64,000 nt of DNA. Origin: Escherichia coli. GTDB lineage: Bacteria > Pseudomonadota > Gammaproteobacteria > Enterobacterales > Enterobacteriaceae. The notes beneath the pieces were generated by a model. The model was given only the letters and a program-made list of their open reading frames with translations. It was not told the origin of the DNA and made no database searches. The translations under genes and the position numbers were made by a program. Below, piece after piece: positions 16,269 to 26,455 of the stretch; positions within the stretch are counted from its first letter, which is position 1, and each line of letters begins with the position of its first letter. The stretch lies in assembly GCF_041886205.1 (NCBI RefSeq), contig NZ_CP169029.1. One strand, written 5' to 3'.

Positions 16269-17987
16269 ATGCGTACTAGCCAATACCTGCTCTCCACTCT
16301 CAAGGAGACACCTGCCGACGCCGAGGTGATCAGCCATCAGCTGATGCTGCGCGCCGGGATGATCCGCAAGCTGGCCTCCGGGTTATATACCTGGCTGCCG
16401 ACCGGCGTGCGCGTTCTGAAAAAAGTCGAAAACATCGTGCGTGAAGAGATGAACAACGCCGGTGCGATCGAGGTGTCGATGCCGGTGGTTCAGCCAGCCG
16501 ATTTGTGGCAAGAGAGTGGTCGTTGGGAACAGTACGGTCCGGAACTGCTGCGTTTTGTTGACCGTGGCGAGCGTCCGTTCGTACTCGGCCCAACTCATGA
16601 AGAAGTTATCACTGACCTGATTCGTAACGAGCTTAGCTCTTACAAACAGCTGCCGCTGAACTTCTATCAGATCCAGACCAAGTTCCGCGACGAAGTGCGT
16701 CCGCGTTTCGGCGTCATGCGTTCCCGCGAATTCCTGATGAAAGATGCTTACTCTTTCCATACTTCTCAGGAATCCCTGCAGGAAACCTACGATGCAATGT
16801 ATGCGGCCTACAGCAAAATCTTCAGCCGCATGGGGCTGGATTTCCGCGCCGTACAAGCCGACACCGGTTCTATCGGCGGCAGCGCCTCTCACGAATTCCA
16901 AGTGCTGGCGCAGAGCGGTGAAGACGATGTGGTCTTCTCCGACACCTCTGACTATGCAGCGAACATTGAACTGGCAGAAGCTATCGCGCCGAAAGAACCG
17001 CGCGCTGCTGCTACCCAGGAAATGACGCTGGTTGATACGCCGAACGCGAAAACCATCGCGGAACTGGTTGAACAGTTCAATCTGCCGATTGAGAAAACGG
17101 TTAAGACTCTGCTGGTTAAAGCGGTTGAAGGCAGCAGCTTCCCGCTGGTTGCGCTGCTGGTGCGCGGTGATCACGAGCTGAACGAAGTTAAAGCAGAAAA
17201 ACTGCCGCAGGTTGCAAGCCCGCTGACTTTCGCGACCGAAGAAGAAATTCGTGCCGTGGTTAAAGCCGGTCCGGGTTCACTGGGTCCGGTAAACATGCCG
17301 ATTCCGGTGGTGATTGACCGTACCGTTGCGGCGATGAGTGATTTCGCTGCTGGTGCTAACATCGATGGTAAACACTACTTCGGTATCAACTGGGATCGCG
17401 ATGTCGCTACCCCGGAAGTTGCGGATATCCGTAACGTGGTGGCTGGCGATCCAAGCCCGGATGGCCAGGGTACGCTGCTGATCAAACGCGGTATCGAAGT
17501 TGGTCACATCTTCCAGCTGGGTACCAAGTACTCCGAAGCACTGAAAGCCTCCGTACAGGGTGAAGATGGCCGTAACCAAATCCTGACGATGGGTTGCTAC
17601 GGTATCGGGGTAACGCGTGTGGTAGCTGCGGCGATTGAGCAGAACTACGACGAACGCGGCATCGTATGGCCTGACGCTATCGCGCCGTTCCAGGTGGCGA
17701 TTCTGCCGATGAACATGCACAAATCCTTCCGCGTACAAGAGCTTGCTGAGAAACTGTACAGCGAACTGCGCGCGCAAGGTATCGAAGTGCTGCTGGATGA
17801 CCGCAAAGAGCGTCCGGGCGTGATGTTTGCTGATATGGAACTGATCGGTATTCCGCACACTGTTGTGCTGGGCGACCGTAACCTCGACAACGACGATATC
17901 GAATATAAATATCGTCGCAACGGCGAGAAACAGTTAATTAAGACTGGTGACATCGTCGAATATCTGGTGAAACAGATTAAAGGCTGA
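16269..17987 (+). CDS. proS: Proline--tRNA ligase
   Basis: Class II aaRS; true start [15 protein letters not shown] at the ATG at 16269 (572 aa); the track ORF from 16215 is an upstream in-frame extension. Confidence 0.95.
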   Translation: MRTSQYLLSTLKETPADAEVISHQLMLRAGMIRKLASGLYTWLPTGVRVLKKVENIVREEMNNAGAIEVSMPVVQPADLWQESGRWEQYGPELLRFVDRGERPFVLGPTHEEVITDLIRNELSSYKQLPLNFYQIQTKFRDEVRPRFGVMRSREFLMKDAYSFHTSQESLQETYDAMYAAYSKIFSRMGLDFRAVQADTGSIGGSASHEFQVLAQSGEDDVVFSDTSDYAANIELAEAIAPKEPRAAATQEMTLVDTPNAKTIAELVEQFNLPIEKTVKTLLVKAVEGSSFPLVALLVRGDHELNEVKAEKLPQVASPLTFATEEEIRAVVKAGPGSLGPVNMPIPVVIDRTVAAMSDFAAGANIDGKHYFGINWDRDVATPEVADIRNVVAGDPSPDGQGTLLIKRGIEVGHIFQLGTKYSEALKASVQGEDGRNQILTMGCYGIGVTRVVAAAIEQNYDERGIVWPDAIAPFQVAILPMNMHKSFRVQELAEKLYSELRAQGIEVLLDDRKERPGVMFADMELIGIPHTVVLGDRNLDNDDIEYKYRRNGEKQLIKTGDIVEYLVKQIKG

Positions 17988-17995
17988 TGCCAGAA

Positions 17996-18026
17996 AGGGT
18001 CCTGAATTTCAGGGCCCTTTTTTTAC
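17996..18026 (+). terminator. Intrinsic terminator after proS
   Basis: agggtcctgaatttcagggccc hairpin followed by ttttttt. Confidence 0.8.
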
Positions 18027-18040
18027 ATGGATTGTATAAA

Positions 18041-18865
18041 ATGGATAAACCAAAGGCGTACTGCCGCCTGTTTCTCCCCAGCTTTCTTTTACTTTCGGCC
18101 TGTACCGTTGATATCAGCCAGCCAGACTCATCAGCCACGGCGGTAGATGCCGAGGCGAAAACATGGGCTGTCAAATTCCAGCATCAAAGCTCTTTCACCG
18201 AACAATCAATAAAAGAAATAACGGTACCTGATCTCAAACCCGGCGATTTGCTGTTCTCCTCAAGCCTTGGGGTAACCTCATTTGGAATCCGCGTCTTCAG
18301 CACTTCCTCTGTGAGTCACGTTGCAATCTATCTGGGTGATAATAACGTTGCAGAAGCGACAGGCGCTGGCGTCCAGATCGTTTCCCTTAAAAAAGCGATG
18401 AAGCATAGTGATAAGCTTTTCGTCTTACGAGTCCCGGATCTTACCCCGCAACAAGCCACAGATATCACCGCGTTTGCCAATAAAATCAAAGATAGCGGTT
18501 ATAACTATCGCGGCATTGTCGAATTTATTCCCTTTATGGTGACTCGCCAGATGTGCTCACTGAATCCGTTCTCCGAGGATTTTCGCCAACAGTGCGTCAG
18601 CGGCCTGGCGAAAGCGCAGTTAAGCAGTGTGGGCGAAGGAGACAAAAAGTCGTGGTTTTGTTCGGAATTTGTCACTGATGCATTTGCCAAAGCCGGGCAT
18701 CCGCTTACGCTGGCGCAATCAGGCTGGATTAGCCCTGCCGATCTGATGCATATGCGTACTGGCGATGTCTCTGCGTTTAAGCCAGAAACGCAGTTACAGT
18801 ATGTTGGGCACCTGAAGCCAGGGATTTATATCAAGGCGGGTCGCTTTGTTGGTTTGACCCGGTGA
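18041..18865 (+). CDS. yaeF: Lipoprotein YaeF (NlpC/P60-like permuted papain-fold peptidase family)
   Basis: Start at MDKPKAYCRLFLPSFLLLSAC (signal peptide plus lipobox), 274 aa; the track ORF from 17987 is over-extended into the proS terminator. Confidence 0.88.
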   Translation: MDKPKAYCRLFLPSFLLLSACTVDISQPDSSATAVDAEAKTWAVKFQHQSSFTEQSIKEITVPDLKPGDLLFSSSLGVTSFGIRVFSTSSVSHVAIYLGDNNVAEATGAGVQIVSLKKAMKHSDKLFVLRVPDLTPQQATDITAFANKIKDSGYNYRGIVEFIPFMVTRQMCSLNPFSEDFRQQCVSGLAKAQLSSVGEGDKKSWFCSEFVTDAFAKAGHPLTLAQSGWISPADLMHMRTGDVSAFKPETQLQYVGHLKPGIYIKAGRFVGLTR

Positions 18866-18926
18866 TAAAAACAAGCCTCAGAGTGTTTATATAAATGCCT
18901 TATCCGCCTTAAGGTATGAGGGGGTT

Positions 18927-19009
18927 GTAGGCATGATAAGACGCGTCAGCGTCGCATCAGGCGTTGAGCGCCATTGCCGGATGCGGCGTGAACGCCTTAT
19001 CCGGCCTAC
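18927..19009. repeat. BIME: two REP (repetitive extragenic palindrome) units in inverted orientation
   Basis: gtaggcatgataagacgcgtcagcgtcgcatcaggc (18927-18962) and gccggatgcggcgtgaacgccttatccggcctac (18976-19009); canonical REP consensus. Confidence 0.85.
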
Positions 19010-19084
19010 GAAAAGCGTGTAAAATCAAAATGTTGAGATACATCCTTCTAGCCTGTTTTGCGTTTTTTTCTGCCTTAAGCAGGT

Positions 19085-19795
19085 TTACTGCCCCAAACTA
19101 CTGCAATCCTGGTTTGGGTAAAATTTCCCTACCGTATCGGGTGCCAATACTTTAGTCGGCGCACCGGTATCCGGATTAGCTTCAAGCGTAAAGTGACCTT
19201 CTACTGACAGTAACACCGGTTTTTCACTGTGGCCGCGCGCAGCCAGGTAGCCACGCTCCAGCTCTGCGTTATTCGCTACCATGAAACGTTTTCCGGTCGC
19301 GCAATCAGTGAAGGTCGCCGCATCAGCCATATAAAAATACATGCCCCGCAGGGTCATCGGCGTCAGGGGTAAACTGGATTGTGCCGGTTCCAGCGTATAG
19401 TTGAACTGCGATTCAATCGGATTGCCTTCACGATCGAGCATCTCCAGCGCATCGCCTTTCGCCCGATAATATGACTTTTCACCTTTGCTGTCGGTTAATA
19501 CCAGCTTGTCAGCGGTTCGCGCCCATGTACCGTAGGAAGCGAAGGAGGAAGGTTCTTCACGAGCACCAAGATAACGCTCATTCATCACCCATGTTCCGTC
19601 TTTTTCGAGGAACAGAGAGGTTTCGATTCCTTCGCAATCGGCACACGGTAGCACGCCGCGCCAACTTTGCGGCATCGGTTTCAGTTCGGCAGCCTGCGCC
19701 GGAGAAAGCGTATCGACTTCGGCCCGATTATTACATCCCATCAGAGTAAAAAGGCTGATTACAGCCATCGCTGTCACTATCGCTTTTTTCACCAT
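19085..19795 (-). CDS. nlpE: Outer-membrane lipoprotein NlpE (Cpx pathway activator)
   Basis: 236-aa ORF; lipobox (LMGC); CxxC motif; recognised NlpE/CutF. Confidence 0.95.
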   Translation of the reverse strand: MVKKAIVTAMAVISLFTLMGCNNRAEVDTLSPAQAAELKPMPQSWRGVLPCADCEGIETSLFLEKDGTWVMNERYLGAREEPSSFASYGTWARTADKLVLTDSKGEKSYYRAKGDALEMLDREGNPIESQFNYTLEPAQSSLPLTPMTLRGMYFYMADAATFTDCATGKRFMVANNAELERGYLAARGHSEKPVLLSVEGHFTLEANPDTGAPTKVLAPDTVGKFYPNQDCSSLGQ

Positions 19796-19808
19796 CCATT
19801 CCTTCTTT

Positions 19809-20231
19809 TTATTCCCGACCGCTGCGTACTTTGCCGCGCATCGCCTTCACGCTTGATTTTTGTGCTTTCGATGCCAGCCTGCGCTCTTTCGATGCACGGG
19901 TGGGCCGCGTGGGTCGTCGGGCTTTTTGTTCTTTTGTTAAATCTTTAATCACTGCCACCAGCCGGGCCAGAGCGGCTTCGCGGTTCAGTTCCTGACTGCG
20001 GTATTCCTGTGCCTTAATGACAATCACGCCATCACTGCTGATCAAATGATGGCTGGCGGCGAGCAGACGCTCTTTGTAATACTCTGGCAGGCTGGACGCC
20101 CGAATGTCAAAACGCAGATGAATAGCCGTTGAGGTCTTATTAACATGCTGCCCGCCAGCGCCCTGCGCACGAATGGCGGTGATCTCAAGCTCACCATCGG
20201 GAATAGCAACATGTCGGGAAATCACAATCAT
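19809..20231 (-). CDS. arfB: Peptidyl-tRNA hydrolase ArfB (alternative ribosome-rescue factor B)
   Basis: 140-aa ORF with GGQ motif ([10 protein letters not shown]) and a basic C-terminal tail. Confidence 0.95.
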   Translation of the reverse strand: MIVISRHVAIPDGELEITAIRAQGAGGQHVNKTSTAIHLRFDIRASSLPEYYKERLLAASHHLISSDGVIVIKAQEYRSQELNREAALARLVAVIKDLTKEQKARRPTRPTRASKERRLASKAQKSSVKAMRGKVRSGRE

Positions 20232-20773
20232 GAAGGTTGTTGCCAGGCAGTTAAGTTAACTTCCAGATTATTCTTATCATCCGATAACCAGATCACACCA
20301 TCCTGAATCGTTGCCTGCAGCGTCATGGTACGATCGGCAAAGGCGCTTACTTTCGCCAGTTGTTCATCGTCCAGATACCAGACGGAAAGATTGGCAAACT
20401 GCACACATTTGCTCTGATTTTGCTGCCACCAGATTTGCGCCGCCCGACTATTATAGGTAAACAGCGCCACTTCTGCGGCCTGGGTGCAGGCTTTCTTAAT
20501 CCGCCGCTCATCCGGCAGCCCCAGCTCAATCCACAAATCAATGCCCAGGTGATCGTTACGCAGCCACGCTTCCGGCTCATCATCGGCACACAAACCACGG
20601 GTAAATTGCAGACGTTCATCAGCATATTTCAGCCACGCCAGCAAGCGCAGCATCATACGCTCCTGGGTTTCTGAAGGGTGGCGCGCCAGCGTCAGAGAGG
20701 CATCGAGAAACTGGTTGCGGTCGAGATCGGCCACATTAACCGTCGCTTTATAAATTGTCGCTTTAAGCGCCAT
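20228..20773 (-). CDS. yaeQ: YaeQ family protein
   Basis: 181-aa ORF; 4-bp overlap with the arfB start; recognised YaeQ. Confidence 0.9.
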   Translation of the reverse strand: MALKATIYKATVNVADLDRNQFLDASLTLARHPSETQERMMLRLLAWLKYADERLQFTRGLCADDEPEAWLRNDHLGIDLWIELGLPDERRIKKACTQAAEVALFTYNSRAAQIWWQQNQSKCVQFANLSVWYLDDEQLAKVSAFADRTMTLQATIQDGVIWLSDDKNNLEVNLTAWQQPS

Positions 20774-20938
20774 AAGAAAACTCCTTTCGAATCAGGAGGC
20801 CATTGTAACGGAATACGTGCAGTTGCGGCGCTGATATTGCAGAAATGAGTGTGGTATAGTCACCTTGCGAAACAGAGTTTATCTTCGTAGGCTTAGACTT
20901 GCATCCACGGTTAAGTCAGAGTGCTGACAGGAGGGCAT

Positions 20939-21139
20939 GTGGAAAAATATTGTGAGTTAATACGCAAGCGGTACGCGGAAATCGCCAGCGGAGACTTAGG
21001 ATACGTTCCGGACGCGCTGGGCTGCGTTTTGAAAGTGCTGAATGAAATGGCTGCCGACGACGCCCTTTCTGAGGCTGTCAGGGAAAAAGCAGCATACGCT
21101 GCGGCAAACTTACTGGTGAGCGATTATGTCAATGAATGA
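20939..21139 (+). CDS. yaeP: UPF0253 family small protein YaeP
   Basis: 66-aa protein ([24 protein letters not shown]...) from a GTG start at 20939 preceded by AGGAGG; the track ORF from 20921 adds six upstream codons. Confidence 0.8.
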
Positions 21140-21386
21140 TACGTATCAACCAATCAATTGTGATGATTACGATAATCTTGAGCTAGCCTGCCAGCATCAT
21201 TTAATGCTGACACTTGAGCTGAAAGATGGCGAAAAATTGCAGGCAAAAGCCAGCGATTTAGTCTCCCGCAAAAATGTGGAGTATCTGGTCGTCGAGGCCG
21301 CTGGCGAAACCCGTGAGCTACGTCTGGATAAAATTACCAGCTTTAGCCACCCGGAAATCGGTACGGTGGTGGTGAGCGAGTCCTGA
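21132..21386 (+). CDS. rof: Rho-binding antiterminator Rof (YaeO)
   Basis: 84 aa from [19 protein letters not shown]; overlaps the yaeP stop (atgaATGA); an alternative start two codons upstream at 21126 is possible. Confidence 0.9.
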
Positions 21387-21394
21387 TTGACTTT

Positions 21395-21428
21395 CGCCGG
21401 ATGCGACGTTTGATGCGTCTTATCCGGC
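21395..21428. repeat. REP element between rof and tilS
   Basis: cgccggatgcgacgtttgatgcgtcttatccggc, a REP-like imperfect palindrome. Confidence 0.7.
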
Positions 21429-21434
21429 TTTCAC

Positions 21435-22733
21435 TTAACTAAGCGTTTTCTGCCAGACAAAACTTACGCCATTCTCACCTTCAGCCACACCTTCTTGCGT
21501 CACAAATACCCCTGCCGCCGCAATCAGCGTTTCGCCATAAAACAGCAGTGGCGTGGTGTCACGTAGCCACGGCGGCACGCCTAACTCTTGCCAGATTTTC
21601 TTCAGCTTACGTCCGCCGTTGCGCCCGACAATATGCAGCAATCCTGCCGCTTTGAAACGCACGCTGACCGCTTCGTCTGCACGCGGAGGGCGAATATCGA
21701 CTCCCGCAGTAAGCTGTACACTTCCCAGCCCCGCCGGTAATTCCAGCGGTTGTAGCCACGTCTGCCACGGCACAATGGTTTCGCTTTGCCCGGCAACGGA
21801 TTTAATCCACCACAGTTGCGATTGATAGCGGCGTATTTCAAACGCGCCAAAGCGTAAACAGGGGGAGGCATCTTCCCGCGCCAGCGCCACTTCCTGCCAG
21901 ATCCGCACCAGCGCGTCGCGGGAAGGCATCGGTGCATTCTGCCCTGCCAGCCAGCGGCGGATAATTGCCGCGCGACGGGCATCACTCATCGCCAGCATTG
22001 GCGCAATCTGCAGCGTCCCCTGCGGCGTTTGGCAGTGCGCTAAATCATCTGCCAGCAATTCATCCAGCAGGCTCTCTTGTTCAGCACAAAGTGCGGCGCT
22101 GCGAGCCGTTGCTTCGGCAAAATGCGGCCAACGCTGCTGCAATAACGGCACTACACGCAGGCGCAGAAAGTTACGATCGTATGAGTCGTCCTGATTACTT
22201 TCGTCTTCAATCCAGCGTAAACCATGCGCTAATGCCCACTGCTCCAGTTCCCCCCGCGTGCGGGCGAGCAACGGGCGGATAAGCCGTGTTCCGGCAAACT
22301 CCGAAACTTCCCCCATAGCCGAAAGCCCGGCAGGACCGCTACCGCGTTTTAGCGCCAGCAGAAAAGTTTCACATTGATCGTCGAGATGTTGCGCGGTGAC
22401 CAGCACTTCACCGGGCAACAAGGTGCGGGCAAATGCCTGATAACGCACCTGCCGCGCCTGGGCCTCAATCCCCAGCCCCTCTTGCGCAAGTTGTACGCGT
22501 TCGACCACCAGCGGCACCTGCCACTGTTGGCAGACGTTTTCGCAATGCGTAACCCAGGCATCGGCATTGGCACTTAAACCGTGATGCACATGAATAGCGC
22601 GCAGAGTGACGCCCGGATTTTCCGTCCGCCACTGCACCAACTGATGCAGCAGAACGGTGGAGTCAAGCCCGCCGCTAAAGGCCACCAGAATCTGGCGTGA
22701 GGTGAGAAGTTGTCTATTGAGCGTGAGTGTCAT
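21435..22733 (-). CDS. tilS: tRNA(Ile)-lysidine synthetase
   Basis: 432-aa ORF with PP-loop motif (SGGLDS); recognised TilS/MesJ. Confidence 0.95.
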   Translation of the reverse strand: MTLTLNRQLLTSRQILVAFSGGLDSTVLLHQLVQWRTENPGVTLRAIHVHHGLSANADAWVTHCENVCQQWQVPLVVERVQLAQEGLGIEAQARQVRYQAFARTLLPGEVLVTAQHLDDQCETFLLALKRGSGPAGLSAMGEVSEFAGTRLIRPLLARTRGELEQWALAHGLRWIEDESNQDDSYDRNFLRLRVVPLLQQRWPHFAEATARSAALCAEQESLLDELLADDLAHCQTPQGTLQIAPMLAMSDARRAAIIRRWLAGQNAPMPSRDALVRIWQEVALAREDASPCLRFGAFEIRRYQSQLWWIKSVAGQSETIVPWQTWLQPLELPAGLGSVQLTAGVDIRPPRADEAVSVRFKAAGLLHIVGRNGGRKLKKIWQELGVPPWLRDTTPLLFYGETLIAAAGVFVTQEGVAEGENGVSFVWQKTLS

Positions 22734-22797
22734 GATGGTGCGATTTTACAGTAGCAATGCCCGGCACGTTACCGGGCAAATGCGGCGATGACAAGCC

Positions 22798-23187
22798 TTA
22801 CTGCTCATACAGTTCCAACGGCAGCCCGTCCGGATCGTTAAAGAAGGTGAAGCGTTTTTGCGTGTATGGATCGACACGGATGGCTTCACACTTCACGTTA
22901 TGGCTTTCAAGGTGCGCCACTGCCGCATCGATGTCATCAACGCTAAAAGCCAGATGACGCAGGCCGCAAGCTTCCGGTCGGCTGGGGCGCTCCGGCGGGA
23001 ACGGAAAAGAGAAAAGCTCAATCACATATTGCCCATTAAGCGCCAAATCCCCTTTCCACGAGTCGCGCGCTTCGCGATAGACTTCGCTTTGCAGCGTGAA
23101 ACCAAGAATATCGCAGTAGAAAGCTTTGCTCACCGCATAATCCGTCGCAATAATCGCAATATGGTGAACCTGTTTTAAACCCAGCAT
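22798..23187 (-). CDS. yaeR: VOC (glyoxalase/bleomycin-resistance fold) family protein YaeR
   Basis: 129 aa from MLGLKQVHHIAII; the track ORF is extended 9 codons upstream. Confidence 0.88.
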   Translation of the reverse strand: MLGLKQVHHIAIIATDYAVSKAFYCDILGFTLQSEVYREARDSWKGDLALNGQYVIELFSFPFPPERPSRPEACGLRHLAFSVDDIDAAVAHLESHNVKCEAIRVDPYTQKRFTFFNDPDGLPLELYEQ

Positions 23188-23243
23188 AACGTCTCCTTTA
23201 TTTGTTAACAGCACGTTACTCGCCCGGAAGCCGCTCTGGCAAG

Positions 23244-25385
23244 TTATCCCGCCATTTTTAGGACTCGTACGCGGTAAACGCCGTCTTCGTCCTGTTTCGC
23301 GCCGTGAATATCCGTTTCAAAACCGGGGTAATGTTGCCCTACGGAACAAAGCATCAGTAGAAAATCGAGTACCGTGCGGCTCTCTTTGGTCAGCATTTCT
23401 CCTGGCATCAACAGCGGTACGCCCGGTGGATAAGGCAGGATCATATTTGCCGATACTCTACCGACCAGTTGTTCCAGCGCAATGGTTTCTACTTCACCTT
23501 TAATCTGTCTCTGCCATGCCTGATGTGGCGTCATGATCATTTCCGGCAAAGTATCGAATGCCCGCAACATCAAACCGGGAAGATCGTGTTTACGAATCAG
23601 CTTATGGATCCCTTGCGCCAGATCCTGGATACGCATATTGCGGTAGAAATCGGGATCTTCAGCATAGAGATCGGGTAGCATATTTTTGATCCGCAGGTTG
23701 AGATCGTAAGAGCGTTTAAATTCCGTCAACCCACGCAATAATCCCATTGCTTTGGTTTTATCGATACCAATACTAAAGAGAAACAGCAGGTTATAAGGGC
23801 CGGTTTTCTCTACTACGATCCCACGTTCGTCGAGGAATTTTGCCACCAGCGCCGCCGGGATCCCCTCCTCGCTCATATTGCCCTGTTCGTCCATCCCCGG
23901 TGTCAAAATAGTGACTTTAACCGGATCGAGAAACATATGATCGGCATCCGCATCGTTAAAGCCGTGCCACTGTTCGCCAGGCGCAACGGGCCAGCATTCG
24001 GCTTCATCCACCTGCGGCGGTTGCCAGATATCGAAAAACCAACCGTCAGACTCTTCCCGCAACCGCTGGACCTCTTTGCGAAAATGCAGCGCCCGCTCCA
24101 CCGAACGGTTAATCAGCCGTTTGCCCGGATTACCACGCAGCATCGCCGCCGCCGTCTCAACCGAAGCAACAATGGGATAACTGGGCGAGGTGGTGGTATG
24201 CATCATAAAGGCTTCGTTAAACGCCTCTTCGTCATACTCGCCTTTAATGTGGATCAGCGAAGCCTGCGATAACGCCGCCAGCATTTTGTGGGTCGATTGC
24301 GTTTCGAAGATCACTTTTCCCGCAACACGCTCGCCGCTCATACCACTTTTCCCCTGGTAGATCGGATGAAAATGGGTGTACGGCACCCAGGCGGAATCGA
24401 AGTGGATCGACGGGACATCCAGCGTCTGTTTGATCCAGTCGGTGTTGTAGAGCAAGCCATCATAGGTGGAGTTGGTAATCACCGCATGAACCGGCCATTG
24501 TGCCTGCGTGGTGGCAGCGACTTTCTCTTCGATGCTGTCGCGAGTAAATTCACGGCGCGGGATCCCACCAAGAATCCCCAACGCATTACGCGTCGGTTTC
24601 AGCCAGACTGGCACTACATCGTTCATCATCAACAGATGCGCCAGCGATTTATGACAATTGCGGTCGATCAACAGCGTACTGCCGGATGGCGCGGCGTACA
24701 TACCCACAATTTTGTTCGACGTCGATGTTCCGTTGGTAACGATATAACTCTGTTCCGCGCCAAAAGTCCGCGCGATGTACTCTTCCGCTTCCAGGTGTGG
24801 CCCGGTGTGGTCGAGCAACGAACCAAGCTCGGTAACCGAAATAGAGACATCAGCCTTGAGGGTATTCCCGCCGAAAAAATCATAAAACAGACAGCCAACC
24901 GGGCTTTTTTGATAGGCGGTACCGCCCATATGCCCCGGCGTACAAAAGGTGTACTTCCGCTCTTTGACGTAGGTAAACAAGGCTTTCGTGAACGGCGGTG
25001 TAATGTTATCAAGATATTCGTCGGTGTACTGACGCATACGAATGGCGATATCTTCCGCCTGCCCCAGCGCATATTCAAAAAACCAGAGCGCCATCCGCAT
25101 ATCCTGCACGCTGACATCCATCGTCGAGTGGGTGTTGATGAAGGCATAAAGCGGGAGATATTCATTAAGCTGATTGATATCGCTACATAAATCGAGACTG
25201 TACTCATCCCAGTCAAAAATCACGCCGCAAATTCGAGGGTTATGTTCGATAAATTTCAGCAAATCAACGCTGTTTTGTGGCCAGATAATCTGAAAGCCTT
25301 GCGCCAGCAGCGCCGACTCCAGTTCTTTGATGGGCTCATCTTTATAAAAGACGCCATGCGGTCCCATAATGGCAATGATGTTCAT
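23244..25385 (-). CDS. ldcC: Constitutive lysine decarboxylase
   Basis: 713-aa ORF; Orn/Lys/Arg decarboxylase fold with PLP-lysine region (STHKML); sequence and context (yaeR-ldcC-accA) indicate LdcC rather than CadA. Confidence 0.95.
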   Translation of the reverse strand: MNIIAIMGPHGVFYKDEPIKELESALLAQGFQIIWPQNSVDLLKFIEHNPRICGVIFDWDEYSLDLCSDINQLNEYLPLYAFINTHSTMDVSVQDMRMALWFFEYALGQAEDIAIRMRQYTDEYLDNITPPFTKALFTYVKERKYTFCTPGHMGGTAYQKSPVGCLFYDFFGGNTLKADVSISVTELGSLLDHTGPHLEAEEYIARTFGAEQSYIVTNGTSTSNKIVGMYAAPSGSTLLIDRNCHKSLAHLLMMNDVVPVWLKPTRNALGILGGIPRREFTRDSIEEKVAATTQAQWPVHAVITNSTYDGLLYNTDWIKQTLDVPSIHFDSAWVPYTHFHPIYQGKSGMSGERVAGKVIFETQSTHKMLAALSQASLIHIKGEYDEEAFNEAFMMHTTTSPSYPIVASVETAAAMLRGNPGKRLINRSVERALHFRKEVQRLREESDGWFFDIWQPPQVDEAECWPVAPGEQWHGFNDADADHMFLDPVKVTILTPGMDEQGNMSEEGIPAALVAKFLDERGIVVEKTGPYNLLFLFSIGIDKTKAMGLLRGLTEFKRSYDLNLRIKNMLPDLYAEDPDFYRNMRIQDLAQGIHKLIRKHDLPGLMLRAFDTLPEMIMTPHQAWQRQIKGEVETIALEQLVGRVSANMILPYPPGVPLLMPGEMLTKESRTVLDFLLMLCSVGQHYPGFETDIHGAKQDEDGVYRVRVLKMAG

Positions 25386-25440
25386 GTGTTCCTCCTGGAA
25401 AATCCTTCCTTAATCATAGCCTGCTCAAACCGTGGCGATA

Positions 25441-25468
25441 AAAAAGGGCCACCGAAGTGACCCTTTTT
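25441..25468 (-). terminator. Intrinsic terminator after accA
   Basis: gggccaccgaagtgaccc hairpin flanked by A- and T-tracts, just downstream of the accA stop. Confidence 0.65.
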
Positions 25469-25483
25469 CAGAACTTTTGCGAA

Positions 25484-26443
25484 TTACGCGTAACCGTAGC
25501 TCATCAGGCGCTGATAACGACGATTTTTTAAATCTTCAGTGCTTAACACGTCGAGATCGGCCAGATCCGCCAACAGTTGCGCTTTCAACGATGCCGCCAT
25601 CGCTTCCGGGTTACGGTGAGCACCACCCAGCGGTTCTGGGATGATGGAGTCGATCAGTTTTAGTTCTTTCAGACGCGGAGCGATGATACCCATCGCTTCA
25701 GCCGCCAGCGGCGCTTTATCAGCGCTCTTCCACAGAATGGACGCACAACCTTCCGGCGAGATAACGGAATAGGTGCTGTATTGCAGCATATTCACTTTAT
25801 CGCCCACGCCAATCGCCAGCGCGCCGCCAGAACCACCTTCACCGATAACGGTACAAATAGTCGGTACGCTAAGGCGAGACATTTCACGCAGGTTGCGTGC
25901 AATGGCTTCAGACTGACCGCGCTCTTCTGCGCCCACGCCCGGATAAGCCCCCGGGGTGTCGATAAAGGTGATGATTGGCATCTTAAAGCGTTCAGCCATT
26001 TGCATCAGACGCAGTGCTTTGCGGTAACCTTCTGGCGCTGGCATACCAAAGTTACGGCGAATTTTTTCTTTGGTTTCACGACCTTTTTGATGACCAATGA
26101 TCATCACCGGACGACCATCGAGACGGGCGATACCACCGACGATAGCTTTATCGTCTGCATACGCGCGGTCGCCAGCCAGTTCGTCAAATTCATCAAATGC
26201 CAGGCGAACGTAATCCAGGGTATAAGGACGCTGTGGATGGCGTGCCAGTTGCGCAATCTGCCATGCACCGAGATCGGCGAAGATTTTACGTGTCAGTTCT
26301 ACGCTTTTTTCACGCAGACGATGCACTTCTTCATCGATGTTAATATCCAGTTTCTCATCCTGACGGCTAACCGCAGTCAGAGAATCGATTTTCGCTTCCA
26401 GCTCTGCAATCGGCTGTTCAAAATCAAGGAAATTCAGACTCAT
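25484..26443 (-). CDS. accA: Acetyl-CoA carboxylase carboxyltransferase subunit alpha
   Basis: 319-aa ORF; recognised AccA sequence. Confidence 0.96.
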
Positions 26444-26455
26444 AGTATTCCTGTA

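Noticed and set aside
24288-25190. 300-aa + strand ORF inside ldcC (and similar long antisense ORFs at 28007..28837 in dnaE, 16383..17174 in proS, 12861..13400 in metN, 25781..26512 in accA)
   Set aside because: All are antisense to recognised conserved genes, have R/H/F-rich composition typical of antisense frames, and have no plausible RBS context.
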